A stretch of DNA of 63,500 bases, filler included, from Collodictyon triciliatum (Eukaryota), in NCBI GenBank assembly GCA_043381765.1. It is 10 parts of 10 records of this genome, joined end to end, with 100 filler letters (N's around TTAATTAATTAA, not from the genome) between each part and the next. Parts side by side here need not be neighbours in the genome. Positions count along the whole stretch, not along the records: positions 27,065 to 33,731 come from JBHJMP010004325.1; positions 33,832 to 40,494 come from JBHJMP010004326.1; 8 more parts are not named here. The stretch is one strand, 5' to 3'. Both the position numbers and the translations under genes were made by a program. Shown piece after piece: positions 26,965 through 40,230 of this stretch (the stretch's first letter is position 1; every line of letters begins with the position of its first letter). Under the pieces are notes generated by a model. That model was not told where the DNA came from, ran no database searches, and was given only the letters and a program-made list of their open reading frames with translations.

Positions 26965-28168
26965 NNNNNNNNNNNNNNNNNNNNNNNNNNNNNNNNNNNN
27001 NNNNNNNNTTAATTAATTAANNNNNNNNNNNNNNNNNNNNNNNNNNNNNNNNNNNNNNNNNNNNCTTCTTCGTGAGAAAAATCTCAAGAAAGCCCAGCAA
27101 TAAACGCACTCTGTCACCACAATAAATATACAAAATTAATATTGCTGCATATTTCCTTCAACAGAACGTTTTTTATCACTAAAATGTAGTAGCTTCCTCC
27201 CGCTTTTATTGTTGGGTCCAGTGTAAGGACATCCTTAATGCAGCGAGCTCAAACAATAGGAAACATTTGAACCAAATACTTCCTTATTGTTGATGCGAAG
27301 CAACCAAAGCACTAATCGGGTACATGGAGTTGGGTCAATTGCCGCGTCCTACTTTGCCTCAGGGTCGTCTCCTTTTCTTAAAAAAAAACAAATAAATCAT
27401 TAATATGCACTTTTAATTCGCTTATTATCTATCTTCCCTGTGATGCCACTCAATTGCAACGGCCCGTACAAGCTTTTCTAATTAATCCGAAAAAGAAAGT
27501 TGACGAGGGCTTTATACAAAATCATGTAAGGACAAAGTAACGCCCATTTCATTCCGTCGCTTCAAAATGATGTCTTCAAAGGTAACTGTGACACTCGGTC
27601 ATGCCGTTTTCTGTTTCCTGCTCTTGTTCATTCTTTCTTGTTTATTTTCCGGGTCGAGGGTGAATATAACTGAACTGTTCCGCGCTATTTGTGTGTCGGA
27701 ATTGCAAAAGCCTACGTCCGAAGACCGTGAGATAATCATCTCTGGAACAGGCCAACCAGAGAATACTTTTTTTTTTCCTTTTTTTTTCTTCTTTATGTCC
27801 AGCTTTAACTTGGCAACAGAATATGCGCTCAGGGAAGGGATTTTCGCTCTTTGGGTAGACTGACCAGTTATTCTTTGTCTGGATGCACTGCATAGAATAT
27901 TCAAAAAGAAATCGACAGACTTCGAAGTTGAATGCATTTAATGAGTGAAAACAGTCCCCAATGAGTGGGAAGGCGTGCTTTTGAGGGGAAAATGTGTAAA
28001 ATTGGGATTTCATCGTCTAATTTGCACTTTTCTTTTGTTCTATTTCTTTACCTCGTTCTTTCCGGAAATGTAATTTTTGTTTGACAACTAGATGTTTTTT
28101 TTTATTTTTTGAAAGGCTTGTGTTTATTATTGTTTGTTTATTTATTTATTTATTTATTATTATTATTA

Positions 28169-28247
<79 letters not shown>

Positions 28248-28536
28248 TATCATTATCATTATTTGCATTCATCGACTGTAGCCCTCCTCCTTAGGCCGCA
28301 TCGCCTCGTAAAGAAGAAAACTTTTACCCTCCCTTCAAGCCTCCGCGTCGCCCTTGATCATCACGCCCATCCCAGCGAGGAAGCGAAACCGCTCTTTCCA
28401 GCCTTCTTCTTGGTTCTGAATTCCGTTACAAACCACCCCGCCAAGGAAGGTCGAGTCTCCCGAATCGTGTGACGAATCTAGTACGAAGGACAGAAGCACC
28501 CGGCAAACTCAAGAACAGCCCTACTTCAAGCGGAAG

Positions 28537-29737
28537 ATGCACCAACCGCGACAAGTGATCATGCGCCACTGGCTCGACAGTCCCGAAGCTCCCGACATTG
28601 TCCTGCGCCCAACAATGCACGTAGACGTTCCTTCGCCTGTGCCGAGGCCAGCGGCTTCGTCCTCTGTCGCTGTGCTCTCTGTGATCGACCGCGAGTCCAC
28701 AATCTCGCGTAGAGCGTAAGCAGTTTGATTTTTCTATCCTTCCCCTGACACTTTGCGGATAGGCTGCAAGGGTTAAGATATTTGAATAGTAGCATAGTCT
28801 GCCTGTCTTTTACATATGTATTAAAAAAAAAAAAAGAATTTTCATGCTGTTTTATTTGGTTTTAAAAATAATGTAATGACTCGTTGGGTTATCAGAGCCA
28901 GCACATCACCCGTCATTCGAGATCTTCCTAAGGTGATGTTAGAAAATAGACAGCCTAGAATGAACCTGCTAAGGTACGGATTACTGTTTTTTGTTCGTTT
29001 GTTGTTCGTTAAGTTGTCCTTTAATTATGATGTGATATCAATATATACTTAATATTAAGTATATATTGATATCACTTTAACCCTGCAATCTCGAAATTTC
29101 ACCCGGAAACCGTTCGCTGATACTATATTTGNNNNNNNNNNNNNNNNNNNNNNNNNNNNNNNNNNNNNNNNNNNNNNNNNNNNNNNNNNNNNNNNNNNNN
29201 NNNNNNNNNNNNNNNNNNNNNNNNNNNNNNNNNNNNNNNNNNNNNNNNNNNNNNNNNNNNNNNNNNNNNNNNNNNNNNNNNNNNNNNNNNNNNNNNNNNN
29301 NNNNNNNNNNNNNNNNNNNNNNNNNNNNNNNNNNNNNNNNNNNNNNNNNNNNNNNNNNNNNNNNNNNNNNNNNNNNNNNNNNNNNNNNNNNNNNNNNNNN
29401 NNNNNNNNNNNNNNNNNNNNNNNNNNNNNNNNNNNNNNNNNNNNNNNNNNNNNNNNNNNNNNNNNNNNNNNNNNNNNNNNNNNNNNNNNNNNNNNNNNNN
29501 NNNNNNNNNNNNNNNNNNNNNNNNNNNNNNNNNNNNNNNNNNNNNNNNNNNNNNNNNNNNNNNNNNNNNNNNNNNNNNNNNNNNNNNNNNNNNNNNNNNN
29601 NNNNNNNNNNNNNNNNNNNNNNNNNNNNNNNNNNNNNNNNNNNNNNNNNNNNNNNNNNNNNNNNNNNNNNNNNNNNNNNNNNNNNNNNNNNNNNNNNNNN
29701 NNNNNNNNNNNNNNNNNNNNNNNNNNNNNNNNNNNNN

Positions 29738-29834
<97 letters not shown>

Positions 29835-32800
29835 GGATTGGAATTTAGTTATATTGAGCAATTTGAATAGACCTTCAATACCATATTTCTCTTTCACTTC
29901 CTCAAATCAAATTATAAGAAATCTTATGCCATTAAAGGGTTGGGCCAGATCCAGTTCGATTGGAGGTATTCAAAACTTGCTTTGGTACGTGGAGTGTCGC
30001 TGCTGAGCGACTTCTTGTTTATTACATTTCAATGTCGTATTCTAATCAGACAACTAATGCAATTCCTAAATTATTAACAGAATTTTTTGAAATCCGCACA
30101 TTATGTTGCTTCAATAATGCATAAGCTCGTTAAATTGTAGATATATTTAATGAAAGCTTTACTACGTACAAGCCCATTCTCGCACGAATCAAATATGAAT
30201 ATGACAGCTTAGTTGGGGAATATTCAAGGAAAATACAAGAATTGTACATTTTATTCTCAATTAAGTTTTAAATAATTCTAGGAATTCATGTACATACTTT
30301 GTCGTAATTCTATCGGCGAAATTCTAATATACGTTCTTTTTTCTTTTTCTTTTTCTTTTTCTTTTTCTTTTTCTTTTTCTTTTTCTTTTTCTCTTTCTCT
30401 TTCTCTTTCTCTTTCTCTTTCTCTTTCTCTTTCTTTTTCTTTTTCTTTTTCTTTTCTTTTTCTTTTTCTTTTTCTTTTTCTCTTTCTCTTTCTTTTTCTT
30501 TTTCTTTTTCTTTGTCTTTGTCTTTGTCTTTGTCTTTGTCTTTTATCTTTTATCTTTTATCTTTTATCTTTTATCTTTTATCTTTTATCTTTTATCTTTT
30601 ATCTTTTATCTTTTATCTTTTATCTTTTATCTTTTATCTTTTATCTTTTATCTTTTATCTTTTATCTTTTATCTTTTATCTTTTATCATCTTTTCTTTTG
30701 GGGAACGGTCAAAGGGAGCCCTTAGAAATCCAAATAAAAAGCGTAACTGGAGAATGTCAAAGAAAAGTTCAGATGTATTCGCAACAATACGAGCAAAATA
30801 TGTAAACATATAACATATCTCATATTTTGTCTATGTCATGAAAGAAATCATTTTATTAGCTCAGTGTATTCGATTTGATAAGCCTATCATCCAAGAGTTA
30901 CCAGTAAATTTGCCACAATATCATTTCGTAGGTCTGAGTTGGAGAAGGAACGCGAAAATGTTAAGAGGCTTGAAGGAGTTATCGAAAGTCTCAATCTTGA
31001 GATTCGAGATTTCAAAAGAAAGATAAGTGCCCTCGAAAATGAGCTTAATGAAGTAAACGAGACAAATCAAATTTTGGAAAGGAAGCTTCGCACCTTGCAA
31101 GTGAGACATGGATTCGTCGAATCATAATTTTCAATTTTGCTTTGGAAACCCTCTTTAAACTATATGATTTAATCCCAAAAAAAATGCAACTCGTATCTAG
31201 AATGAAAATCAGGAAATGAGCCTCGAGCTTCAAGATCGTAAGAATTTTTATCAATTTGAATGACAATGACCATAGGCCCTTCATGCATGTAATTTTTTTA
31301 TTGTCAAAAATATTCACATTTATCAAAAACATGTCGTGGCTTTGTCTCTTGCCAAATGATTACTACATATGTTTCAGTTCGGATACGTTATGAGGACAGG
31401 AATGCTGAAGCAGAGTATCTCCAGTCGCAAATAGAACAAATGGTACTTAGGGCGTATTTAGATCGATCAGAAAACGAGTTACGCCGAGCCAGAGAGGACT
31501 TTAACATTCAGGTAATAAAAGACGTTATTGCATGTAACTTTTTTTCCCCCTTTATTCGATTCAAAGTATTGCATGTAACCTCAACATATATCCTGATATT
31601 TACCCAAAAACATAAATTATTGAAGATATTTCAGTGTATAAAAATCATTTTTAAATCTTTCATTGCCTGAATTCCATCTTCAGCTAAATGAATGTAAAGT
31701 GCACTCCGAACGATTGAATTTATGTGAAGCTGAAGTTGTCGAAAAGAATGCCAAGATACAAATTTTTGAGGTGTTTACTCAAATTTGATTTCGTGAACGA
31801 ACCATTAAGAATCTGTAGTTATATGTTTGAGATAACATAGCTATCTGTATAGGAACAATTCACACCAAGACCCAAATGGGACGATGTGCCTATCGTATTC
31901 CATGATTTACCTCAAATGCAAGGAAGAAGTGTTGACTTATTGGTCCAAGTTACAAATTCACATCAAACAGTATGTAATCTTTTGCTTTTGCTTTTGCTTT
32001 TGCTTTTGAAGTTTTCATATATATATGAATTACAGAGTTATCTCATCGAACGCATTGAAATCATGTAATATTTCTTTGTATTTAGTTACAGCAGGAGCTC
32101 AGAATTCTTAAAGATCACATAATTGATATCAGTTTTATGCTCAAGTATTACTATTTATTGTACATGAGCCTTCAATTTTTCTCAATAAAAAAGAAAAATA
32201 CTCCTTTATTAGACTCAAATTCTTTGTTGTAAAACATAAACTGAAAATTATTACATGTATATCGGTTTCCTATCTATGCAGTCGTGTTGACAAAGAGAAA
32301 ATGCGAACTAAGGGCGATGATTATATCATTCCCCCTGGGGTAGAGGAGACAATACCAAAGTTTTTAAGGTCTTCAAAAACTATTGCATATATCATATAAT
32401 TTCTAAACTTACTGGTTTTCATTTAAAAAAAACCTATAAAAAAAGGTGGCATGGGAAGGTAAAAAATCACCACCTACTCAAGGCTCAAGCTGAGAATTTT
32501 ATTCGAGAAATAATGAATAGTCGAATTTCTCTCTCAGAAGATGAGTCTCGCCCATTGGTAATGAATAAATCATCAATCAATTGACTTTACTTTTTTTTCT
32601 CCTTTTACTACGACTTTTTTCAAATGACTCGATCTATAAATTTTGGTACGAAGCCTTTTATATTAGCTCTGTTTCTTTGAAGGTCTTCGTTCTTGATGGA
32701 TAGTTTTTTTTTAAAAAAAAAATGGCCATCAACTTAGATAGGTGACTTCATATACGACTATCTGCATAGGAGATTACTCATACCATCCCTGGTAATTGAA

Positions 32801-33602
32801 TGGGGATGCAGTATAATGGAAACTTGTAAAAGAAATGAATATGACCCTGGCATTTCCCTCTTCATGCATTTGATTGAAAGTACAGCATTTTTTATAATAA
32901 TATTTTCATCTTATTTTACAATTTCAGTGCACTTTGTTATATTAATCTGATTTGATTTCAATCGTTCATAAATATTGTGCCTTTTCAGATAGTGTCGACG
33001 AAGAGGTTTACTTGGACATGATGAGAGTACCAGAAAAGATTCATAAAGTTGCTGTGAAATCAGATGCTGATTTGAATTCTGGAAAAGTTACTGGGACAAT
33101 ATCAAAGGCCGAAATGAAGTTTGTTGGATCCTTTAAACATATTAACATAAATGAAATATGAAATGTACTCAAAATCATGACACTACTTAAACCAATTAGG
33201 AATGTATTCAAAAAGGTATTTCCGGCAAAAACTGAAGACGACGTACTTGCCTTGTGCAAGGTTTGAAATTGGAAAACTATACTATTAATACGTGCATTTT
33301 TGGTCGATAAATCTTTTAAAAAAATGAATTTGATTATTTATAATATAATATAATGGTTTGCATACAACATCAAATATTTTACAGACCTATGAAAATGAGT
33401 TCAACGGAAGTAACATTGAATACGAGAGAATTTTTACCGAAGGAAAAGAAGGAGAACAATCATTCGTAAGTTAACTCATTTATATGAATAAATGTATATT
33501 TAAGTGATATGTAGATTAAAAGATAACGAATATGGTTAGGCAACATTTTTTAGTGAGCTCAGAATGCAGTTTCTTCGAGAACGAGAGCAATATCTACGGG
33601 AT
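28537..33602 (+). CDS. TSNAXIP1: Translin-associated factor X-interacting protein 1 homolog (flagellar-associated), multi-exon, 3'-partial, spans an N gap
   Basis: AFTTYKPILARIKYEYD, FTPRPKWDD, GVEETIPKFLR/WHGKVKN, EWGCSIMETC...YDPGISLF, VFPAKTEDD, IEYERIFTEGKEGEQS match TSNAXIP1 motifs. Start codon is tentative. Confidence 0.8.
29032..29075. repeat. Perfect 44-bp palindrome
   Basis: gtgatatcaatatatacttaat|attaagtatatattgatatcac. Confidence 0.95.
31526..31579 (-). mobile_element. 28-nt micro-retroinsertion (31539-31566) with perfect 13-bp TSD, in an intron
   Basis: tattgcatgtaac [tttttttccccctttattcgattcaaag] tattgcatgtaac. Confidence 0.8.
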
Positions 33603-33859
33603 GTTGATGTTTGTTTGTTTTTTATCTCCTTTTCTCTTTTCTCTCTTCTCTCTTCTCTCTTCTCTCTTCTCTCTTCTCTCTTCTCTCTTCTCTCTTCTCT
33701 CTTCTCTCTTCTCTCTTCTCTCTTCTCTCTTNNNNNNNNNNNNNNNNNNNNNNNNNNNNNNNNNNNNNNNNNNNNTTAATTAATTAANNNNNNNNNNNNN
33801 NNNNNNNNNNNNNNNNNNNNNNNNNNNNNNNTTTTTTTCCATATATTTTTGTTTTTCCC

Positions 33860-33891
<32 letters not shown>

Positions 33892-34020
33892 TTTTTCTAA
33901 CCTTCTTACCGTTCCGAAACCAAGCTTTTTCTTTCACCAACAAGCGTTGGTTAGGAGTTGATATATATTATTATTTTTTTTTTTAAAAAAAATAAGGGGT
34001 ATTCTTTCTCCTAGTGGACG

Positions 34021-37000
34021 ATGCCTAAGCCCGACCAGAAAAAGAGGCCGGTGGCCGAAGTGAATGAAGGAAAAAATCCAGCCGATTCAAAACCTGCAAC
34101 ACTGCCGCCGAAACAAGGGGCCCAAGGAGAAAAGGCTTTTTTTCTTCTTCATAGCTTCATTTTGAATTTCTCATTATTTTTGTATTTGAGATATCCCTGG
34201 TTCGCTGATAGCTTGATTCAACTGAAGATGATTAAGTATGTTCATATCTTTAGACCTCTGAGAAGGCAGTCTCTCCCAAGGACAAGGAAGCAACACACGA
34301 AATTATTCAATACGAATGGAAAGCAGGAAGATACTTGGATGAAAGCGACGAAGGTCTTATTATATCTTGAGCTCATTTTCTGCACAGATCGCTTTGGAAG
34401 AGTGAAATCTCCACATGAAACATTCAATCTTACAGTCTACATACTCGCTTGATTACATATCGCTTCCTTGAAATATGTAGCTATAAGATGACAAACTGTA
34501 TCTTGGGGTTCCTTCCATTTTTAATGTCTTAATTGATATCCCCATCTAGACGAAGCGGATAATACTGAAGAAGCTACAGAATATACCAGCGAACAAGATG
34601 TATTATTTCGTGATCGATATATCTTAGCCTAAAATATATTTTCTGTAAACTCTATTCTTGCGTTTAAATATTATCGTTTTTTGTATTAAGGATTTTGGAG
34701 AAAGTGAAGAAAATGAGGATAATGAGGGAAGTGAAGATCAAGACAATGATGAAGACGACGACGAAGTCGATAATGACGATGATGACGATGATGACGAAGA
34801 CGAAGAAGATGATGAAGGAGAAGAAGGCGAAGATGACAAAGAAGGCGAAGGCGATGAAGATGAAGATGAAGAAGAAGAGGGCGATGAAGATGAAGATGAA
34901 GATAGTGATGGGGACAGTGACAAAAATGAGTTTTTGAGAAGCAAGCCATCAAATTCTCACCCAAAGTCTGCATCTCCACCCCAATTCAAAAAAGCTGTGG
35001 TTGATGAGAGTGACTCTTCCGAGGAAGAGGTCTATCTTCTCTTAAATTATGCAAAGCATACATTAATCACTTATCGAGATATCTTAAAGAAAATAAGATT
35101 TCTAAAGCCTGCTCTTTTTTCCCCACAGGTCGAAAATCGTGTTGGTGATATTCCAATGTGGTGGTACGATGAATATAACCACATTGGTTACAACGTCGAC
35201 GGACAGAAGATTGCGCGCAAAACAAACAAAATGGACAAACTTGACGAATTTATGCAGCAACAAGAAAAAGACAGCTTGTATTCATTTTTGCTATCATAAG
35301 CACCCTCACATATAGAAACATGGATATGCAATGAAGTTACTGAAAAATTGATAAAAATTTAAAGGCGAAACGTATATGATGAGGTGAATGACAAGGTCGT
35401 GCGATTGACCGATGAGGAAATGGAAATGATTCGTCGGATTCAAAAAGGTCAGGTCGCAGACCCCAAGTTTGATCCTTATGAGGTAATTGTTATTCCTTTC
35501 TCATGAATAAAGCATCGCCAATATTTCCTTCATTTTCTTTATTTTGAAGGGGTGTCCTACTTTATATAATAAATGCCATTCTCTAAAACTTCATCGAATA
35601 TTTAATAATGGCGTTCAATATCTCAATATGTTTATTTCTCATTCTTTTGAACATTCTACTACATCGCCAGGACATCGGCCTTATATACGATCGATCAGAC
35701 AGCATTCATCCCTTGACTAGTGGCTATGAACCCAAACGCCGTTTCATTCCATCAAAATGGGAAGCTAAGGCGGTATGCTTTCTTGTTTCCCTGTTTAGTA
35801 TTATCAATTCCGAGACATATGAATGTTTTCTCTCAATTTTATTACACTGCCCCGAATATGCAGATTGTGAGGCTTGTTCGATCTATTCGAAATGGCCATA
35901 TCAAACCCAAGAAAGAACAAAAAGACAAGAAACCCAAATTCTATGATGTAATTGTTCCATTAAATCCCCCTCCCCCCTCCCATATTCACAGTTTCCCCCA
36001 TTTATTCGATTTAAAGTCCTACATATCCCAGTTTAAACACCATGAATTGAAATTGTGGCATATATGTCATTATACTTCTTGTATTAAATCTGACAATATT
36101 GTCTATATCTTATAATAATATCTATGTATTTTTGAATTGATATTCCTATTCAACGCGAATTTTTTTTGTTCTTCTTGTTGTGAATCACTCATTGAAGGAT
36201 ATGTAGATAACACAATTATATACCATTAGATATGGAAGGACTCTGACTCAAATGCGAAGGGACGTGGAAGTGACATGCCTGCACCTAAAGTCAAGTAAAT
36301 ATTCTAGGATTCCTTTGAATATCACACATGCATATCTACAAAAAGAAGGTGTATTTTTTTTTTCGGCTTTTGAGGAATTTTCATTGTATACCAACCAAAC
36401 ACTAGACCCCCAGGACACAATGAATCATACAACCCACCAGAAGAGTACTTACCAACGCCCCAAGAAGCTGAAGCCTGGCTCAAAGCACATCCAGAGGACC
36501 GCGAAACCAACTTTTTACCCAAAAGGCAAGGCTATATATATAATCATAAAAAATGGAACATGTTAGCATATACATACGCTAGGGACCAGTTAACTCGGGG
36601 ACAATTTTTTTCTAAAGATTACAATTCATTATATACATTAATTAGCTGATAAATATTTCAAAATTTAGATATGGCGCCCTTCGATCTGTCCCAGCTTATA
36701 GCGACTTTGTAAAGGAACGTTTTGAGAGGTGCCTCGATCTTTACCTCTGCCCTCGTGCTGTTCAAAAGAAGGTGGCGAGCCAAATCTACAATGCCAAATG
36801 TCTACATCAATTCAATCACATTTTCTCATTTGTATGGAAACTTTTTATCATACTCTTTCATTTTTGATACCAAGAAATAACTTTAGTTTTCATTCCCAAT
36901 CGCAAACTCAGGCAACAATCGACCCTGAATCGCTCATTCCCAAGCTTCCATCTCCATCAGAATTGAAGCCTTTCCCATCTGAAATTGTCCTTGAATTCAC

Positions 37001-39578
37001 TGGACACACAGAAAAGGTTGATATCTCCTTTTCATTCTTTACTAGTCTCTACCACCTTTTTTTTTTTTTTTTTTGTAAAACTATTATAGCCTTTTTCTTC
37101 TCATTTGTTCCCAAAACCACGAATACCCTCAAAAAATAAGGTATTGGCTGTCCTCTTCTCATTTTCGTATATACATACACATACATATTCGTAATTAATT
37201 GCAAAGCAAACATCATTTTCACTTCTAGGTGCGCTCTGTATCTGTTGACCCAACTGGTCAGTACTTATTATCAGGTCAGCGCCTTTTTCTTTTCCATTCT
37301 ACGTCAGAAAGCTATTGTTGAATTTATATGAGAGAAAGAGTTAACATTTATAAAAGAATTTTAGATTAAACAGTCAAGTAAAGCGTAAATATGTGCATAC
37401 CATAAATCATTCACCTTTCGATAATTAAGGTTCGGACGACCACACAGCCCGTATTTGGGAAATATCCACTGGACGTTGCTGTTTCGTTTATCAAGCACCA
37501 AATGTAATTCAAAAAGTAGCCTGGAGCCCAAGCACATCTATAAATGTCATCGCAGTTGCAAGGTTCTTTCTTCTCCTAATAGCTTTACCGATGCCCGTTC
37601 GTTCCTTTGATTATTCTCGTAATAGAAATATATGTATTTTCTGTCTTTGTAGTTGCATTAAAAATACATGAATACATTTCTTGTTAGTAATGTAAATTTC
37701 TTATTGAGCAGCATCTCCGATGTGATCCTACTGAATCCTCCTCTGGGTAATATGGAGATAGTCGAGTTTACAAATGAAATATACAGCCAGAAGTTTGACA
37801 CTGCAGGTTTGATTCTGTTAGCGTATTATCCATATACCATTTATTTCAAGTCTGATGATTCCAATATTTTTCTTTCGCTCCTGGTTAAATAACCTGCGCT
37901 TCAAATTATGTATTTAAGTGAATCCCAATTTCCAGGAAATGAGGAACGCACAGGTATGTTATGGAGAAAGCCATCGCCGTCAGAGTACAAGAAGGGAGTC
38001 CTTGCAACAGTCACGCACCCAAAGGTGGTTTTTTGTTCGCTTTTTATCTGGTTTGATAAATGGACATTTTCTTACAAACCAAATGAAGTGCGAGCATACC
38101 TCATTTATATTTTGGGTACTACATGTTTCCGTACTTAATTTCTTCCCTTTTCTCCTCTCTATCATATTTCCACATGCCAATTGTATGAGTCTAAACCAGC
38201 CTCATCTCCCGTCAATTAGGACATCTCATATATGTCGTGGCATGCAAAGGGAGATTACTTGGCTACAGTTTGCTCTGACCGTATCCATTTTTGGTTGAAG
38301 TTTTTTTCTAATTTTTTTTATTTTTTTAAATTGAACAATATGGACAATAAAAACATAGCGTTAATCCGCATTTATAACCTTAATATTGATTGAAAAGCCA
38401 CATCCACGATTGTCTCCATACACCACGTTCAGAAGTTTGCATCTCAGATTCCCTTCCGGAAAAACAAAGAGCCGGTGCAGTGCATCCGATTCCACCCAAC
38501 AAAGCCCCAATTCTTTGTTGCCACCCAAAGAAGTTTGATTCTATTCTATTCAAACTTGCAGTGAAGGCATCCTTACGACTATTTGTGTTGGGAATGAAAA
38601 CAAGCTTATGCCTCTTTCTGTCATCAGCTCAACCTAATGACCAAATTTTCATTACCCAGCTGTGAGTCTTTACGATTTGATGAAGCAGCGACTGATTAAG
38701 AAATTGACGTGTGGAGTGCAGTGGATTTCATCCATCGACATTCATCCAGGAGGTACTCAACTGAATAGTTACTCTCATGCATTCCCAAATGCCGATTTAT
38801 CAGGATTAATAACTCTTTATTGCTTTCCTTCCGCCATTCTATTGTAGGAGATAACTTCATCGTTGGCAGCTACGACCGCCGTGTTGTCTGGATGGACCTT
38901 GACTATTCTTCAAAACCATACAAGATAATGAGGTCTCTAGAACCAAAGCGAACTTTAATCCGTGAAATAGAAAACAAAAGAAAAAGTCACATGAATAGAA
39001 TGCAGAAAAGTTCAATTATGTATGGTTTTTGGGGTTGTATGAGTATTCTGTGCACGGAGCGCTGTATTGCTAACTTTTTTGACATTATATATTTTTAACA
39101 ACATAGAAATCACCATATGGCCGTGAGGCAAGTAATGTATCACAAGAAATATCCCCTTTTTGCGTCATGCTCGGATGACTGTGGGGTTCATGTTTTCCAC
39201 AACACTGTATGTCATATCAAACCACATCATATTGCCGGTGAAATTGAAGCATACTTGATTGCAAATACAAACTCTTCAAACGGCAGGAGCAATGTTCTAA
39301 TGTCCAATGTCCAATGCCTGATTAGGTGTATGACGACCTGTCAAAGAATGCGTTGATTGTTCCTCTCAAAATCCTTCGTGGGCATAAAAAAACAGACGAC
39401 CTTGGTAATGGACAAGCACATCGCCCTCAACATCGCATATCACTTTTGCTCCATTGACTTCAAAACCTCGTTTCTCACACGTAACTTTGCAACAGGTATA
39501 TTGGATTTTACGTTCCATCCTACACAGCCGTGGATTATTACAGCCGGAGCAGACACAACAATCAAGCTATATGCATAA
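34021..39578 (+). CDS. BOP1: Ribosome biogenesis protein BOP1/Erb1, complete, about 23 exons
   Basis: Acidic N-terminus. [90 protein letters not shown]40 C-terminus ending [21 protein letters not shown]. Confidence 0.97.
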
Positions 39579-40074
39579 ACACTATGCGGACACATAAAAT
39601 GAACGACACTTTTTCAAAATCCGTGTTCTTTTTTTGATTCTCCTATTTTTGTGTAAACATCACGTTGTTGTTTCTCAGTCACTATAGGAGTGGTGCCCGT
39701 TCGTTCCCCTTGTTTTGGGTGTAGTTTGCAATATACTAATTTATTAATGACTTCAACAGTCTTTGCAATCACCCGTAGACAAACGTCAGATGCACCAGCG
39801 CTTCGGAAACGAGGATTTTGCAAGAAAAAAAAAAAAGAACCAGATGATGAACGAGCGACTATCTAGCTGAAACGACCCAAACTTCACCAGGATGGGCGTG
39901 TGGAAATCAAGTTTTCAAGATAGATGGCGGGGACGAGAATCTCTTATGTGGGAATCAATAGTATGAATCAGGGTCTAGGTTTTCTGTTTGTGAATTAGTG
40001 TTGGGAGCTGTGAAGAGACTGACAGCACGTAAAGCGCCTCAGGGACAAAGAGACACGCCACTTTCAAGGCTTCA

Positions 40075-40230
40075 TCACGAAGCATTTTCTATGATGGTTT
40101 CCCACGAGCGGATGTTGGTTTCCATGCGGTCTATGCAGATGCGGAGCGACGGGAATATCTCCGCCATGCGATTCCATAATGGACTCACGACGTATTTGAT
40201 GAAATTGATGTTCAGATTCGCCTTGGATAT
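40075..40230 (-). CDS. Last exon of a class I cyclic-nucleotide phosphodiesterase
   Basis: After a CAG acceptor: ISKANLNINFIKYVVSPLWNRMAEIFPSLRICIDRMETNIRSWETIIENAS*, matching the PDEase_I C-terminal helices (F-I-x-x-V-V-x-PL ... N-x-x-x-W). The rest of the gene is off-contig. Confidence 0.65.
   Translation of the reverse strand: MSKANLNINFIKYVVSPLWNRMAEIFPSLRICIDRMETNIRSWETIIENAS

Noticed and set aside
27065-28013. Possible gene or retroelement remnant upstream of TSNAXIP1
   Set aside because: I could not build a coherent spliced frame or recognise any motif.
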